From Tubiluchus corallicola (taxonomy: Eukaryota; Animalia; Priapulida), in NCBI GenBank assembly GCA_030141605.1, contig JAQGDQ010000145.1:310001-374000 (forward strand): 64,000 nt of DNA, written 5' to 3'. Position 1 is the first letter of the stretch. Every line of letters starts with the position of its first letter. The notes below the pieces were generated by a model. That model did not search any database. It worked only from the letters and a program-made list of their open reading frames with translations, and was not told where the DNA came from. Positions 1-15,000 of this stretch are shown here, one piece after another. The position numbers were made by a program, and so were the translations under genes.

Positions 1-324
1 AAATCAAATTCATCAGCAGGCGAAAATCGCGTCAAGTGCGTGTTTGCAGTTGTAATTTATCTACCGTTTCTTCGCCCCTTTTGCAACTTTTAAACAAAAG
101 AAATTGCAAAACTTGTAAAGACTTAGTATAGCTGACTAATATTGGCAGTAGATATACTGATGTCCATAACACACATATCACAATCTATATGATACATAGA
201 ATAGAATAAAATAAATTTATTATACAACAACAAATGCAACGATACGCTAATACAATAACAATATTAGGAAAGTTCTTGTAAGGAGGAAGAAGGAGCAAGT
301 GCTTTCTAGCCTTCCTCCTACAAG

Positions 325-934
325 TAGGGTTGCCACCACTCTTGATTTGACCCGGAGTCTTCTGAAATTCAGCCATAGATTCGTAGTTCGGTCGCATTTT
401 TGGAAAATTCCGAAATCTCCTGATTTCGACCATCACATTGAAATTTAAGTGGAAAAAAGCAGAAATACAACTTGCATGCTGTCGAAACTTGCAAAAGATT
501 AAGTCAAAAAACAGCTGAGTCTCTGTTAAGTACGGTAACAGTAAACCTAATAAATTAAGTTTAATCGGTTGCATGTGTACCTCTTCATCATTTTACCTCT
601 TCTGCATTTTTCGCCGAATTTTGTTGCAGCGGCAAATGCTACAAGTGGAGTATTCCACCGCTTTAGTTTTAATTCACATAACAAAGGTGCATAATAATTT
701 GATTGCTAAACCAATCCCAGAAACCTCATAAAACGTGAGAAATGTGCCTGTGATTGTGACTGTGACCGTGAGTTTAAATTTGTTGATTTTAGTTTTAAAA
801 CATCTAAAATGCTGGAAATGCTTGGTTTCCTTGGCTCTATTCCCGGGCCCCTTTGGGGGAGCGTACAGGCCTCTTTACTTAACTTTTTAGCTCTTAACTC
901 CTGACGTCGGTTCATGACAGGGTGGCAAGCGCTA
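325..934. mobile_element. Non-autonomous hAT DNA transposon
   Basis: TIRs TAGGGTTGCCACC / GGTGGCAAGCGCTA flanked by a near-perfect 8-bp TSD CCTACAAG (317-324) / CCTACAGG (935-942). Confidence 0.8.
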
Positions 935-1110
935 CCTACAGGAGTATACCATAACTGATAACATCATTCTATAACTACATAAATTCATCTGAAAAACAAG
1001 ATTGCAAATGTCGGGAAAATTTAGGGAACAACTACCGGTACTACATCACTATGGCTTAACAATAGGTTAACACTTGAACAATTGAAAAGCTCTTAACACA
1101 GCTCTATGGT

Positions 1111-1330
1111 TCAAACTACGATACTGAGAACAGAAACAGCTAGAAAACATTTACTTGGCGAATTATGAATAATGATCAAACAGAATTTGTTTAATTGACT
1201 TTTAAACTTCTTTTTAAACTTACTTAAATTAAACATTTTACATTCTTCGGGAATGTTCAACCAAAGTTTTATAGCACTATATTTAGTATTTTGCTGAAAA
1301 ATATTAGTCGAGTGGTGTGGCATAAAATAA
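1111..1330 (-). mobile_element. LINE (CR1/L2-clade) ORF2 C-terminal remnant
   Basis: Translation AIKLWLNIPEECKMFNLSKFKKKFKSQL fits the LWNxLP...FKxxLK terminal motif of CR1/L2-type ORF2. Confidence 0.6.
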
Positions 1331-1374
1331 CTAGTAGATGTAAGAAATTAGAACTTGTAATCATTAGCTAGTGG

Positions 1375-2165
1375 ACAATTATAACGACAATTTAGTTCTA
1401 CCACACTTCTTATATGGATGTACGCTACTTCAAAAAACCAAAAGAGAAAATTACTTAAAATTAAATCTCCTTCAGAACTATGCGTTGAGATTGATAGCTG
1501 GATACTCACACAAACGTAAGGCAGGTAGACAAAAATTCAAAGCTTCAACAACTAACCCGAGAAAAACTTTAAAATTCCCGATCATTGAAGCACACGAAGA
1601 ATATTTTACTCTGCTTTTTATATTTAAATAAATTAACAACATCAGCAAACCATTCCAGAATAACAGATTTAGCTTTTTTCCAAATCCTATCGTTAATTCC
1701 AGAACAAGCAATCTAAAACAAATTAGGACAAACACCCACTACGGAACGAACTCCATAATCAAACAAGCAATTCTACTTTGGAATTCTCTACCATTACAGG
1801 TTAAACAAATCAAGTCCCTATCAGCATTTAAAACAAAATTAAAATCACTAATATTAACCAGATATGAAATACCATCACACCAGTACGGCAACATACACAC
1901 TAATTCAGAATTCATATATCCACGGCCATATTAATTAAATCGTAGTTTTTTTCATTTTTAGTGCATAGTTGTAAATATGTTTGATTTTATTCGTCGTTAC
2001 TTTCCATTACTGCACAGTAGTTTAGATTGCACTGACTCATTTGCCTTTAGCAGTGTAAGTTTTTATTAACTAACACTGATTGATCATCTCTGTAAAGTTT
2101 TTATCAGTGATTATCAATGTATTTTAATGGCAAATAAAGATTATATATATATATATATATATATA
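1375..2165 (+). mobile_element. 5'-truncated LINE (CR1/L2-clade): decayed ORF2 end plus 3'UTR
   Basis: LVLPHFLYGC...LQNYALRLIAG, then after frame disruption RTNTHYGTNSIIKQAILLWNSLPLQVKQIKSLSAFKTKLKSLIL. It ends in AATAAA (about 2133) followed by a (TA)n tail. Confidence 0.75.
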
Positions 2166-2453
2166 CACAACAAAAGTGCCTCAGTCAATTCTTAAGCAGA
2201 AAGACGCGATGCTGAATAATGTACAATTTTACTCGTATGTGCTAAAGTATTAGTCTCAAAGACTTACTGTGAGTTTCCAAAAAAAGTTAAGGAAGACCTT
2301 CTGTGTGCAAATTATTATTTATTCGCTCATTTAGCCTACCTTAGCTGGTACTTATTTAACCCAGTTGAGTCAGATTATAGGTGTTATTGAGCCACTAGGC
2401 GTTGTTGATAGATACACTCTATATCAGTGACAAAACAATAATTATTATTGTAG

Positions 2454-5107
2454 GTTGTATGGTTTACAGCCATTTTTCCTTATGTTGTACTGACATGTTT
2501 ATTGATTCGTGGATTGACGTTAGAAGGTTCTGGAGACGGGATTAAATACTATCTCACTCCAAACTTTACCAAGCTAGCTGAGCCAGAGGTACGAAATATT
2601 GTTAGTGGCAACAGTTTCATACGTAATATGAGCACCTTTATCATTAGTGGTGAGCTTAGAAAAGTTTTTCAACGCTTGTTTATTCATTTTTTCCAGTTTT
2701 GCTTTTATCTGTTCTTATTAAAGTATTTTCTATTCTGTCTGCAGCTTTGCTAGATTTTTTTCATTTTCGAATATTTGATGTTTGGATTAATTAGTTTATC
2801 CAGGAATTGAAAGTAGATCGGTGGTTAATGAGTCATAGATCACCGTTTTCCGTGAGCGGGGTCTAATCCTAGACACTCATAATCCCACTTTTTAAAGGGA
2901 ATTTTAGCAATTTAAACTGACTAAACGTTGAGATTATCAAGTTTGATAGTTTAAAAGCAGCCGGAACAGGAGTCCTAGCCAGAGTTCCTTCAAATGAGTC
3001 TGCTTGTGTTTTTGCTATGTGCGGTGTGCAGTGTAAATAATGTGTGTTGTCTTAACAAATCGTAGTTCTTTTGATTCTTAAAAGTCAGTACGATAACTCA
3101 CCTGTTAATGTGATATGTATGTGAGGTAAACTATATAGACTCTGACATTAAATAAAAATTTATCGCTTTTCAACTTATGCAAATTTTGTGAATAGCTCGC
3201 TGCATAGTGAAGGTCAAAAAAAGTTAGCACTCACTGGACAGTGATAGGTGTGATTAGGAAGTATTGGTGTCGTGGAGTTTCCGGGTCATACATAGGTTCC
3301 GGTCCTGTATTAAATCTTCTAATCGAATTATTTCCGTTGATTACTTCACTTGTTCGTCTGTTCATTTATTTATCTGTTCGTTCGTTTACATTTTCGCTTT
3401 CTCTTTTCATCGTTTTATTTGATTTTATGCTATGTTATTTTTTACTTGTTGTCTTTTTGCATGTATTAACTTTTTGAATTTATTATAGTGGCTACGTCTG
3501 TCATTTTTGACAAGAAATTTTTCTCACTATCCTTTACGGTTTCAAGTTATAAAGTAAGAAACTTATGAAATAGTTCTCCCTATTTTTAGGTATGGGTGGA
3601 TGCCGCTACACAGGTGTTTTTCTCACTCGGACCGGGTTTCGGTGTACTTATGGCATACGCCAGTTATAACAACTTTCACAATGATATTTATCAGTAGGTT
3701 TTTATTTTTCTTCTTTTAAATTTAAAACCACCAACGTCCTTGTTGTAAACAAGCAATGCTCAATCAAATTATCCTGAATAAACAACTTTTCTTAATTGTA
3801 TTTTACTATCAAATTTACTTGCAGGTACTTAAGCAACTGAAAACACTCTTCATAAATAAAGCTTAAAAATTTTGTCTTGAAATTTTTTTATATCACTTAC
3901 ATGCTGCCTTATTGTGAGCTTATGAGCAGTAGCACGGTATAATACTTGTAAATTTAAACTCCCGCGATGTCCGTTAGGCGCAGCCATTTTGAAAGTAAGC
4001 TATCTGAAACAAGTTTAGATGACACTGCGTAAAGTTTGAAAAAATAATCAGAGCATTCGTAGTATGCATTTCACTAAGTACCCAAAATATAAATTACTTT
4101 ATCTTGTCAATAAGATCAAATGTTTTTTTTTTTGGTGACTGAGTGGTGCACACTGGGATGGCGATGCAGCGTCGTTTTACCAGGTGGCGCGAATTTTCTT
4201 TTCTAGTTAAATAAGTCTTTCAAACACGTAAGCGTAACACTAAGTAATGGGAACTTTGTGTGGGAAGTTTTGTGTGCGGCATTAAAATAGCCCTTTCTTC
4301 CCCTTAAACGTTGCGTCAAAAACGCATCGTACGCTGCATTCAATTTGTTAAGCGCGGTTTGAAAATTAAATTAATTTCTCTGATTGTCCCGATTTGACAT
4401 TCTCAAGAAACGTTACTGGGTGTCCATTACAATTTAAGACAGAACGGTTTAACCTTTTTGTCCAAAAGAGCACGCTATGCTTACAAATTGTTTTTTTTTT
4501 TTTGTAATAATTTTTCGCTCAATTTCTCATTTATGAAATCATTGAACCACAGTCATAATCATGGCTTAGTTGTGCTTTTGTCCTTAGTGGCTTTTCTGAT
4601 TGACAAACATTCGTAGTGGTTGTTTAGTGACTTTAGTCAATCTTGTGCTAACAACTGCTCTGCCACTATTTTGGAAATTCTAGTTGGAAATTATTTTATT
4701 TTCCTAGATAGCAAACTTACGTGTACGAACTTATTCATATTTATATAGTTATTTAAAGCAAGTATTGAACATTCTGATAAGTTTTTGCTTATTTAGCCCA
4801 TTAATGAAATTTTCCTATTATTTCTAACGAAATACTCATGTCTGTTGTCATTAAATTTGCAACCTGTTAAGACGAACATTTTATTCTGCTATAACAGGCA
4901 TCAATAGTAATTTCATTAACTTTAACGGTAATGAAAAGCTAAAATTCGCCAAGAGGTAGCGACTGCGATATAACCAAAATAGTCGTCCATTACATTTTTG
5001 AATCTTTTAAAAAAGGAATAAATAAATAACACTAACACGTAAATATTGATTTTATTATTTTTTATTTTTCATGACACGCTAATTGTATCTACACTAAAAT
5101 TATATAT

Positions 5108-5175
<68 letters not shown>

Positions 5176-5599
5176 TATATTTGTTATGTGTTTTTTGGCT
5201 ACTATAGCTATAACGCATTAGCTTTGTTTTGCACTTTTGTACTTTGGTGTTGTTTTGCTGTATGTATTGTTATTGTAAATGTACATGTAATCTTGTTGGT
5301 CGTAATGACAATAAAAATACTACTATTATTACTATGTTATTGTAGTATATATGCCAATAATAGTCTAATTTTTAAATTTAAGCAACGTTTGACACCGTCT
5401 ATAGCCCTTGTGCACACCACACCATTACAGTTTGTATCCATTACAACTAGTACATTTACAAAAAAACTTTACTACAATTCTCTGCAGATTTGAGCTACTT
5501 GAGAGATTTTCTGCACGTGACATGACGTTTGCATCATTTAATTTTTGACACACGTTCAAATTTTTGGCAATTGAAGCATTTTGTCGGAGTAAGTGTATG

Positions 5600-5630
<31 letters not shown>

Positions 5631-8600
5631 GTATATATAGTATCATGATCAGCTGCTACTAACCCTAACCCAACTCTAACCCTAACCCAACCCTAACCTA
5701 ACCCCCAACTAATTTCTTGTGTGTGGGGAATTGTAACTTTAGCCAATAAAATTTATTTTTAGCGATGCTCTTCTTACAAGTACAATAAATTGCTGTACAA
5801 GCTTTTTGGCTGGATTTGTTATCTTCGCCGTGCTGGGCTACATGTCACATATTACCAACGTTGATATTAAAAAGGTGGCCACTGAAGGTAAATCTTTTAT
5901 CACAACTTGCAAATTAATAATTATGAAAGCACGTAACTTTTCTAAGGCGTTACAAAAATAGAATTATCCACATTTAGCAAATAAATGTAACTTCATCAAA
6001 TGTAACTATGATAAATAGTGTTAAATAGTTCCATACCAGTCAAGATATGCAGTCTGTAAGGTAAATTGTTAAATTATCAAATGATCTGTATAATATCGTA
6101 TCATATATCTTTTTGCTATTAATTATTGAATTATATTTCGATGTTGTTTCTAAATTCTGGTAAATTTGTTTGTTTTAGATGCCTTAATAATGAATAGTTT
6201 TGTTCGAAACCGGTCGGCAATAAATTTCATTTTGATGACGTTGCAAAAATAATCGTGAACAGTAGCACAAAACAATTTGTTACATTAACGTATTACTGAA
6301 GCAGCACTGAATCTATTATACCTTCGATATTCAGTGTAGAAAACTCGTGCGGCTCGCCCATTTGTAATCTTGAGAGGCATGATCTTATTAGATCATCTGA
6401 ATGGCCTACAAATAGTAGCGAATCCTGAAACCCCTCTGAATTCATTGGAATTATCCCAAAAAAACCGAACGGAGGCTAAAATGATCCAAGAACACACCAT
6501 TGATCAGTATTCAAAACAAAGCTTATGAGGTACCTGCAAAATGTGTTGTAGGATCTTGAGTTCGATCCTGATCTCTTCAAGTCTCAGATCATACCTGGCA
6601 GTTGCGCGAGACCCACAAAACTTCCACGCTGAATATTGAGTGATAGATTAAGAATTGAAAAGAAATCAATAATTAAGAATTGAAAAATTGAAAAAAATGA
6701 ATAATTAATTCAGCAATACGTTTTGGTGCAATAAATTGTTGTGCACTCTTACTCGTAGATTTTGGGCTCCCTGGCAAAAAGTATTGTTACGGGGGCAAAA
6801 TGCCACTTATCTTCGACCCCCTCTACATTGTGATGGTTCGATCCATTACGAAGCCATTGCATATCAGCACTGCATAGCAAGCATAAGTAGCTGGTTTAGA
6901 ATGGCTTCGTCGGTTCAGTCGGCAGTGCGTTTACTACCTGAGCACCTGTTCCATAGTCATGATCAACATGAGGAACGCAGGAAAAGATTCTTGCTAGCTT
7001 TCATCTTAATTTTCTGTTTACATTTTTATATTTCTTCTCTATTTTCACATCTACAACATTTGCCTGCAAAGTGGTTTAGCTGATCCAGATTTGAACCCTG
7101 GACCTCTTAACCGCTTCCGCAACAATATTGTAACCTGTACGTAAAAGTGGTAAATATTATAGTTTGCTATTTTTATATAGGACCCGGATTAGTGTTTATT
7201 GTATACCCTGAAGCTATAGCCACAATGCCAGGAGCTACTATTTGGGCCGTCCTATTCTTTCTTATGTTGCTAACACTTGGCTTAGACAGTTCGGTAAATT
7301 ATTCAGTTATATGTTAATTCTTAACAAACCTTAATGTTAGGCATACTTTGTTTTCCCTGGCCATTCAAGCACAATGATAGTTTTTTGACTGTTCAGTATA
7401 CACTTCCTGTGTGCTGGGTATAATGGACAGTCAAGAATTGCCATTGTGCAAGACTGGTAAACTAACATATTCTTGTAACATTGTTGCCAATTATTTGTAA
7501 ACTGGAATCAGGTTGTACATTATCTACTTTTCCATTTTTTTAATCACTTTGGTTTACCTGTGTTTCGGTGAGGATAGATTGTTTATGATGTTTACGCTTA
7601 TCTAGTTTATGATGGATGTAAATATTTACACCACAGTTCGGTGTGTGTCACAAGAGAACTCGTCACTCATGTTATTCGTAAATGATAGATACTATTTTTT
7701 ATATATTTTGGTACACAGGATGTTAGGATCGAGCACTCTAGCAGTTGTGGCTGGAGCCTGGTTTATTATCAAGGATATCCTATTAGGATGAGCTACTGAA
7801 TTTGGAGAGGTGCTCGCACACCCAGAAGTAGTACTGATCCCTAGACGGGCCACAAAACATATTGGCCACAAAACTTGGCCAAAAGTCCAATCCGCTCTGC
7901 ACTTTTTTTCTAGTTCTCGTTCTCATATCATCACTAGTCTTAATTCTTCGTTACAGTTTGGAGGATCAGAAGCAATTATTACAGCACTGAGTGACGAATT
8001 TAAGTGGGTGAAAAGTCATAGAGAAATATTCATCGCCTGCCTATTCAGCCTGTATTTTTGTGTTGGACTCACAGCGTGTGCGCAGGTACTCGGTTCCTAA
8101 AATTTCATTTGTTTCAGTTGTACATTGAATTGGATTTGTTTGTATTAATTTTAGTTTACTTGACACATTTTTTAAATAGCTCTATTAGTATATGCGCATT
8201 CTGAAATTTCTTCACTAAAACACTGCAAGGGAATAGCTAGTAGCAGCAGCGACGGTGGCGTTCAGAAACACGATCGCGATGGAGTGTCGCTATACAATAC
8301 AATAAATGCAGAACAACACATTACAGTACAATACCGTACAACACAGTATAATACAGTACAACGCAATACAACACGACACGACACCATACAATGCAATGCA
8401 AGGCATCACTACACAATGCAATGTAATGCAATATAATATAATACAATTAAAATCACGTGTGTCATCTTCTACGCAAGCTCTTCTTCACACCCAATAATGT
8501 AACTTTCCGCTGAATCTCGTACGTAGGTTTCCCGGTTTAAGACTGAATGTCTGATAAAACAAGGTTACATATAGTGGGCTGCAAAAAGTGTTTTTCGTAT

Positions 8601-11600
8601 TTTAGGGTGGTAACTATTTTGTAACGTTACTGGACCGATACGCTGCGGGCTATTCAATTCTCATGGCCGTCTTTTTTGAAGCTCTAGTCATCTCATGGAT
8701 CTATGGTGAGTTCAAGGAAATGTTGCACGATTAAAACAAAAACTTTTTGGCTTCATATGTCGAAAGCGTCTATGTCTCAGAATGTTTTTATTAATGACAC
8801 TTTCTTAAGATTTGCAAGTAGTGTAAAATAAATTTTTGCAGTACTGGGACACGAAACTAGCTTGCGAATTTTTCTAAGATAATTTAACTAAGTCACCATT
8901 CAATCAGTTTAAGTTTGGCAGACCCGAAATACACAATCTGTCGGCTTTGCCTCCCACGTTCAAGTTTCCGACGCGAGTTTTTCAGTTCTGAGTTTGATGC
9001 AAATCCAGTTATGTTTATGACATAGTTGATTCCTAAATGCATATTTATAACATTTTCGTTCTTGAAATTTCAAGTTGAAATTCGCAAGTTGACCACATTT
9101 ATAATCGTGATGATTTCCTTATTTCAGGCGTTAATAGACTTAGCGATGATATCTATGAGATGTTGGGACGCAGAGTTTCTGTTTACTGGCGTTGGTGTTG
9201 GAAGTTTATTGCACCACCTTTTTTATTGGTAAGCATTTATATAGTTAAATACATGAAGGTACGTCACCTTTAAATTTGCTCGTTGTACAAGAACAACGAA
9301 TAATACTATGTATTACATTTAAGTTACTGTGGTGATGAATATACCATGCCTTAGTATTTCGCACAGGTTGACAGACTTCAGGGGTATGATCGGAGTAGCA
9401 CCTCGAAGATTTCAAGATCCACCAATACATCTTCCTCATGCCTCACAAGTCACAAGCTTGTCTGTTGAATACCGACCAGTGGCAAGGTCTTGGATCATCT
9501 TAGCATTCGCCTGTCTTTTATGACAACTCCAGTGTGTTTGGTGGGCTGATATCAATAAATTTCCAGGATATTCTATTCGATCGAAAAAGAATAATCCCAG
9601 TACTTAGATCACACACACCTCAGGAGGATTGTAAGCTGAGCGAAAAGCGCAAGGATTTCTCACCAAATATTGAATATTGAGAGCATGACAAATTCTTTAT
9701 TGCTTCAGCAATACTTTCATATAATATGGAACTTTGAAAAAGGAATAAATTTTGTAATATAACATAATATAATATAACTGTAATATTTACCTATTGTAAA
9801 GACCGTTTACTAATATAATTATTATTATTGTTGTATTGTGCGACGATTATACGCCTTGTGCGCGGTTTAGTCTGTGTAGTTTTTTGTATTGTAATGTATT
9901 GCATTGTATTTGTAATGTATTTTAATGAATTGTAAAACTGTACTGCTCAATGCCGTTACTTGTTGTTTTGTTGTTCTTGTTCCTCCATTTTGTAAAAAGT
10001 TATGTCATATCCTGTATTTTTATGTCAGTGTGCATCCGATAATTAATACTTTTATGTCCTATAACAATAATACGTACGTAGTGAAATAACCTTTGATTGG
10101 TCAGCTGATAAAGCTAGAAGCTTTATGAGAGTAAATAATGAGGGATAGAACTAACTGCGATTGACTATTCTTCGCTTGTAAAAGGTGTCAAAATCGTCTT
10201 ATTTCTAATCGCTGTTTTTCAGTTTATTGTCACATTTGGACTGATTTTCTACGCTCCACTGGAACACGACGATTACAAGTATCCTCACTGGGCAAATGTG
10301 ATTGGTTGGTTGATAGCAATGTCTTCTGTGGCCTTCATTCCCGGGTGTGCAATTTACACACTTGCTACCATTCCTGGCGATTCTTGGAGCGAGGTAATGA
10401 AAACCTAATCCTATTCATGCACCGTCTGCAATAAACTGTGTAGCACAAACCGCATTTGCGCGTACGCGGCAACAATATGTTGATCTAGTTTGATCTGATC
10501 ATGTCTGAATCAAATTTATCTGGTCTTGTCGTACATATTTTTATACCGTGCCCGCACACGAGAGCAGGATAAGTTTGTTTAAAGGGGAAGAAAAGGGAAT
10601 TTTAAAGTATATCCCAAAATATTTTCCACACAAAGTTATCTTAGTTAACATTTCGCTTACCTGTTTGAAGGACTTATGTAATTGAAAAAGAAAAGTTTTA
10701 GTAATTTAAAATTTTCGCGTTGCCTGGTAAAACAGCGCAACATTGCCATTCCAGTGTGCACCGCTGATCTACCTAAGAAGCACATTTTTTGATGTTATTG
10801 ACAACGTAAAGTAATTTAAACTTTTGGGTAGCTAAAGAAATTACTTGCTGTCAAAATGGCTGCCCGTAACTGCTGGTCATTGCTGGCATTTAAATTTACA
10901 AGTTTTACATTTCGTTACTGCTAACGCAAGCCCTGTATGCAATAAGACAGCATGTAAGTGGTATAAAATTTCAGGACGAATTTTTAAGCTCTGTTTATCA
11001 AGAGTACTTTCTTGCTATGTAAAATTAGAAAATTAGAAAGCATCTTTATGTTACAGTTGATAAAACAGCATTTATTGAGCCCGCGCAGGAGTAACAGTAC
11101 GTGTCAAACAAGTTGTTGCAGCTAGATTTTGTATCCTGTGTGCAGGACTGGATAATGACCGTTCGGGACCCTGGGCTAATGAAATTATGCCCCCCTCTTG
11201 GAGCCACCCTCCAACTTGTCCGCATCCGTTTTGAATATTTTTTCTCGGGATATATATATTTTCGCGACATTTACATAACTTGAAGTAAACTTATTGAAAA
11301 TTCGTTAAAGAACAGTCATCTTTTGTTTATCTATTAAAACATTCTTTAAGAAAAACCACTATTTAATGCGAAACAAATTAGAAAATATTTCAACGCATTC
11401 ATAGTGAGAAAAAGATTTTTTACTAAATGTTACCAAAGATCTAGGGTCCCCCGAGTTTGAGGTTGCCTAGGCTGCAGCTTATACTAGCCTATAAGACAAT
11501 TCAGCCCTGCCTGTGCGCGAAGTTTTAATAATCAGCTTCAGAAACCACTGCAATGCTTTACATTGTAAAAAATCATCTAGTAATGCAGTTACTCTGAAAA

Positions 11601-12088
11601 AAACGGTATGCTTTGCAACCGCGACTCTATTTTTCTCCTTGAATATTGATTTTCTGTTTCCTTTTTTGACAGATCGTAAATTGTAATAAATAATAATAAA
11701 AGCAGGTCTATCTTGAATTTTACTTCACGTATCTTAGCAACATACAACAATGGGTACATTAAAGACAAAGATTCAACTAACTTCGTTTAATTCATTAGAC
11801 AGTTTAGCAGAGGACACCTATATGTTGTGTATATTACTAGGATAGAAAAATCCCAGAAAATAAATAATGCGCCATCTATTGGGAAGCTAGACATTGCATT
11901 TGAGCTGCTTTTTAATTAAACTTCATCCATAACTGTACATATGTAATAAATAACAATACATGCGATGTCTTTTGTAGAAATTGAAAGCGTCGATAACACC
12001 TTGGAGGGACGTGGTTGCAGGCGATGATGTAAAAACAGAACAAAATGCTATACGACTGAGCGGAGGGGCGATGGGAGCGGCTGTATAG
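2454..12088 (+). CDS. DAT: Sodium/chloride-dependent dopamine transporter (SLC6, invertebrate DAT-like); 3' nine coding exons, 5' exons lie upstream of the window
   Basis: GT-AG exons joined in phase: 2454-2588, 3590-3693, 5763-5887, 7181-7293, 7957-8085, 8606-8705, 9128-9228, 10223-10393, 11978-12088 (TAG). Translation gives SLC6 motifs [98 protein letters not shown] and TPWRD. These closely match my recollection of Drosophila DAT. Confidence 0.93.
5100..5180. repeat. (TA)n microsatellite
   Basis: Direct reading of the sequence. Confidence 0.95.
5658..5745. repeat. Partial copy of the small TIR element with internal telomere-like (CCCTAA)n
   Basis: Degenerate CCCTAA array followed by AATTTCTTGTGTGTGGGGAATTGTAACTTTAGCCA, whose reverse complement matches the left end of the element at 30974. 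Confidence 0.65.
8292..8447. repeat. Degenerate pentanucleotide (ATACA/ATGCA)n simple repeat
   Basis: Period-5 pattern tacaa/cacaa/tgcaa visible in a DAT intron. Confidence 0.75.
11143..11509 (+). mobile_element. hAT-type MITE, copy 1
   Basis: Imperfect TIRs CAGGACTGGAT / AATTCAGCCCTG with 8-bp TSD CCTGTGTG / CCTGTGCG. Alignable along its length to 50750-51109. Confidence 0.85.
11869..11882 (-). promoter_or_regulatory. CTCF-like motif
   Basis: Minus strand CCAATAGATGGCGC, a close match to the CTCF core CCASYAGRKGGCRS. Motif match only. Confidence 0.45.
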
Positions 12089-15000
12089 AAAAGCCGGAGT
12101 ACCAAGTGTGAAATAACTGGATGGACCACAGAAGCATTAATAATAAGCTTTTTCACAGTTCCAGCGATTGATAATAATCGTGAAACGGTCAAGGTCAAAG
12201 GTTAAGTGTACCAGACAACGCATTTGTGTACACTTGATGCGGCCCATGCTATTGTAATAGTAACAGTTTTAAAAAAAAAACGGATGAATGTGTAAACACG
12301 AGTTCAGAATAAAGAATGCTCTAAAATATTGAAAACTACAATAGCTTATTTTAAATCAAACCTTAGACTAAATAATAATTACCTCGGATACTCAAATTTC
12401 GTTAAACTTTCAAAGCTACTCGCGGCTCAGTGAATCGGCCGACAAATAGAAGGCGGTATCGTGATAACCACAATCATGAACTGCTGTGTTAGTTTCATGA
12501 CGTCATATAATGTAAAGCCCATTTTTCGTGACATGCATTTAAACAGTACTGTAACACCTATGCAAATGTACTTGACGCGCAAGGAAAACGCCTGCCATTG
12601 CACAACTATGATTAGTTTCTGACGTAAGCAATAGCTGTGTTCGGTTGCCGTTAATTAACTTTCTCAGCTAATTATTCAAATATAAGGAACAATAGTTAAC
12701 ATTTACAGACAAGAAAATGTATATTTTGGACAGTAAATTCAAATGAGATTGAGTCTAAACAATCGACCGGTCTTTCTTTAAACAGCTAGTTAGAAGAACC
12801 TTACCTGGCTCATTTTTTCTTGTTCCCAAGAAAGAACCTGGTAGTAAATCACTCTACGCACAGACTAATGTGTAACTAAGTAAATTCTACACAAACAACT
12901 GAAGTTATTGAACTGATGCGGCAGACGGCTTTGCTTTACACACATGTCACGTGACGGTTGTAGTTAAGACACGTTCCTGTGGTACACTTAACAATTTACC
13001 TACAGCAACTGCGCGTTATTAAGCAGATCTCTAACTGATATTAAACTAAGTCGCAGAGCTTACATGGGTTTTGCTGTAATACAAAATTGGTAAGCCTCAT
13101 TTAAAAAGTAAATGTTTTGTGTGCTCAATGCAACTTTAATATTTTGCTGAATCCTACTGACTACATCATGATCATTCTGTTTGCTACTGATTGAGTTTTG
13201 TAGAAGTGATAACACAATGTATAACAATGTTATTGTCGTATATTAGGAAGCTCTGTTAAAATAGACGCTTAATTAAACGAACGTTTTTAAGACAGCTATC
13301 AACTTCTGATAGTGAAAAAAGTTGCAGACGTTATAAATATAAATGTTATTTATATGAGTTACTGTTACGACACTTATTTATACAAATTATAAAGTCACAT
13401 ACCATCTTTATTTTGTGGCTTGACTTACGTTTGCGCGATAGAGGGCATTGTTTTCCCTGTTGTATTGCAGTGGTGCAATTTGATTTTTTATTTATAGATT
13501 GAACTATGATAAACATTTAATGTAAAACATACCTGATGTAATACCTCATTATTTATCTCTTAGAATATTGAGCGCATGTTATAAATGTCGGTAGACGTGT
13601 TACCATAATTATGTAAAAGCACTTAGATAATACGGCAATTAGTAATTTAGTTTCACGTAATAGTTATACTTATGCACTCTCATAGATATTATTGCATTAT
13701 AAGCATTGTTGAGAGCTTCGGAACTGTGTAACATTATGTAGTTGAGAATTTAAATTTTCGTTGGGACTATAGACCTCGGGCAATAGGCCTGATACATGAA
13801 GTCAATCTTGTTAAAAAAAGCACTATTACTATGGACTTTACGTGTTTTGTATGAATTAAGATGTATTTTAATTCATATTATGCGAGTATTAGAGTCAACG
13901 AATATTTACGATGTCAATAGTGTGTCCCATATATACTGTATTCTACACCAAGCCGAGACTTGTTTAAACTTCGCCCTGTTGGGCCTTATAGATTTAACTT
14001 CCAATATCTCCATTAACTGCAGATGTTAAAAACTACGGAATTGGACATTTCATCTAAATGTTACATTTTTATTTTCATCTTATTTCTTCTAAAACTGCAT
14101 GTTGACTATTTTAGCCGAAATCAACAGAGGACAAGCACTTGTTTAAAACACTCCTCGTTAAGCTTTAAATTTGAAACAACTACGTCAGATTTATTTACCG
14201 AAACAATCGAAAACTGCATGGTGCATTTTGTTCAGCTGTCTAATCACAAAATCCATTCTGATACGTAGACATAGGTTTTTCATTTTTTATATTTCAATGA
14301 AAAATTGCATCGAAACAAGTGTAAAGAAGCAATAAAATCAGAATAGCAGTAGTTTTTGTAGCTATAAATAAAAAAATGTATCATAGCGCACTTTTGCTAG
14401 TATCTGTATAGATGTAACTTATGTAAACAAGACGATATATGAAAATAAACAAGAAAAATGATCGAAACTCTTTAAATAATAATTCCTTGAATATAAACGT
14501 AGCCAAATGCAGCCTAAAAGGTATAGACATTTTGTATATTTTGGGACTTAAAGTGGTTTATTGTTACGAGCATAACGAATAGACCATAGTAACTTGAAAG
14601 CGTCTCGTCAACATAACCTACTCTAAGCTACTAAATGACTTGCATAGTCAGTTTACATATTTGAAAATGTTTGGTAAAAAATGCTACTGCATTGAGTACT
14701 AGTTTAATGACGTTGAAGTTACTGATTGCAGTTATGCTCAGTAAAGTTAAATAATTATTGTGAAGTCTAACCTGATCCACGAATAAAGTGTTTTTCTGTA
14801 CTTACTTAGTGGCCCTGGTGTAAATAGACTCCACAAGTATACTACACTTATATGTATAATGTATAGTAAAAGGGTCGTACTATAGATCGTAATTATTGTA
14901 CTAATCTCATACTTAATTTGTAATATGTTGTACTACAATTAACGTGCATAGTGTACCAGTGTTGTTTTGTGCATGCGCGTAACAGTAGTAACAGGTGCTA

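Noticed and set aside
7080-7110. tRNA gene (B-box-like GGTTCAAATC on the - strand)
   Set aside because: No cloverleaf can be built; at most a decayed tRNA-derived SINE head.
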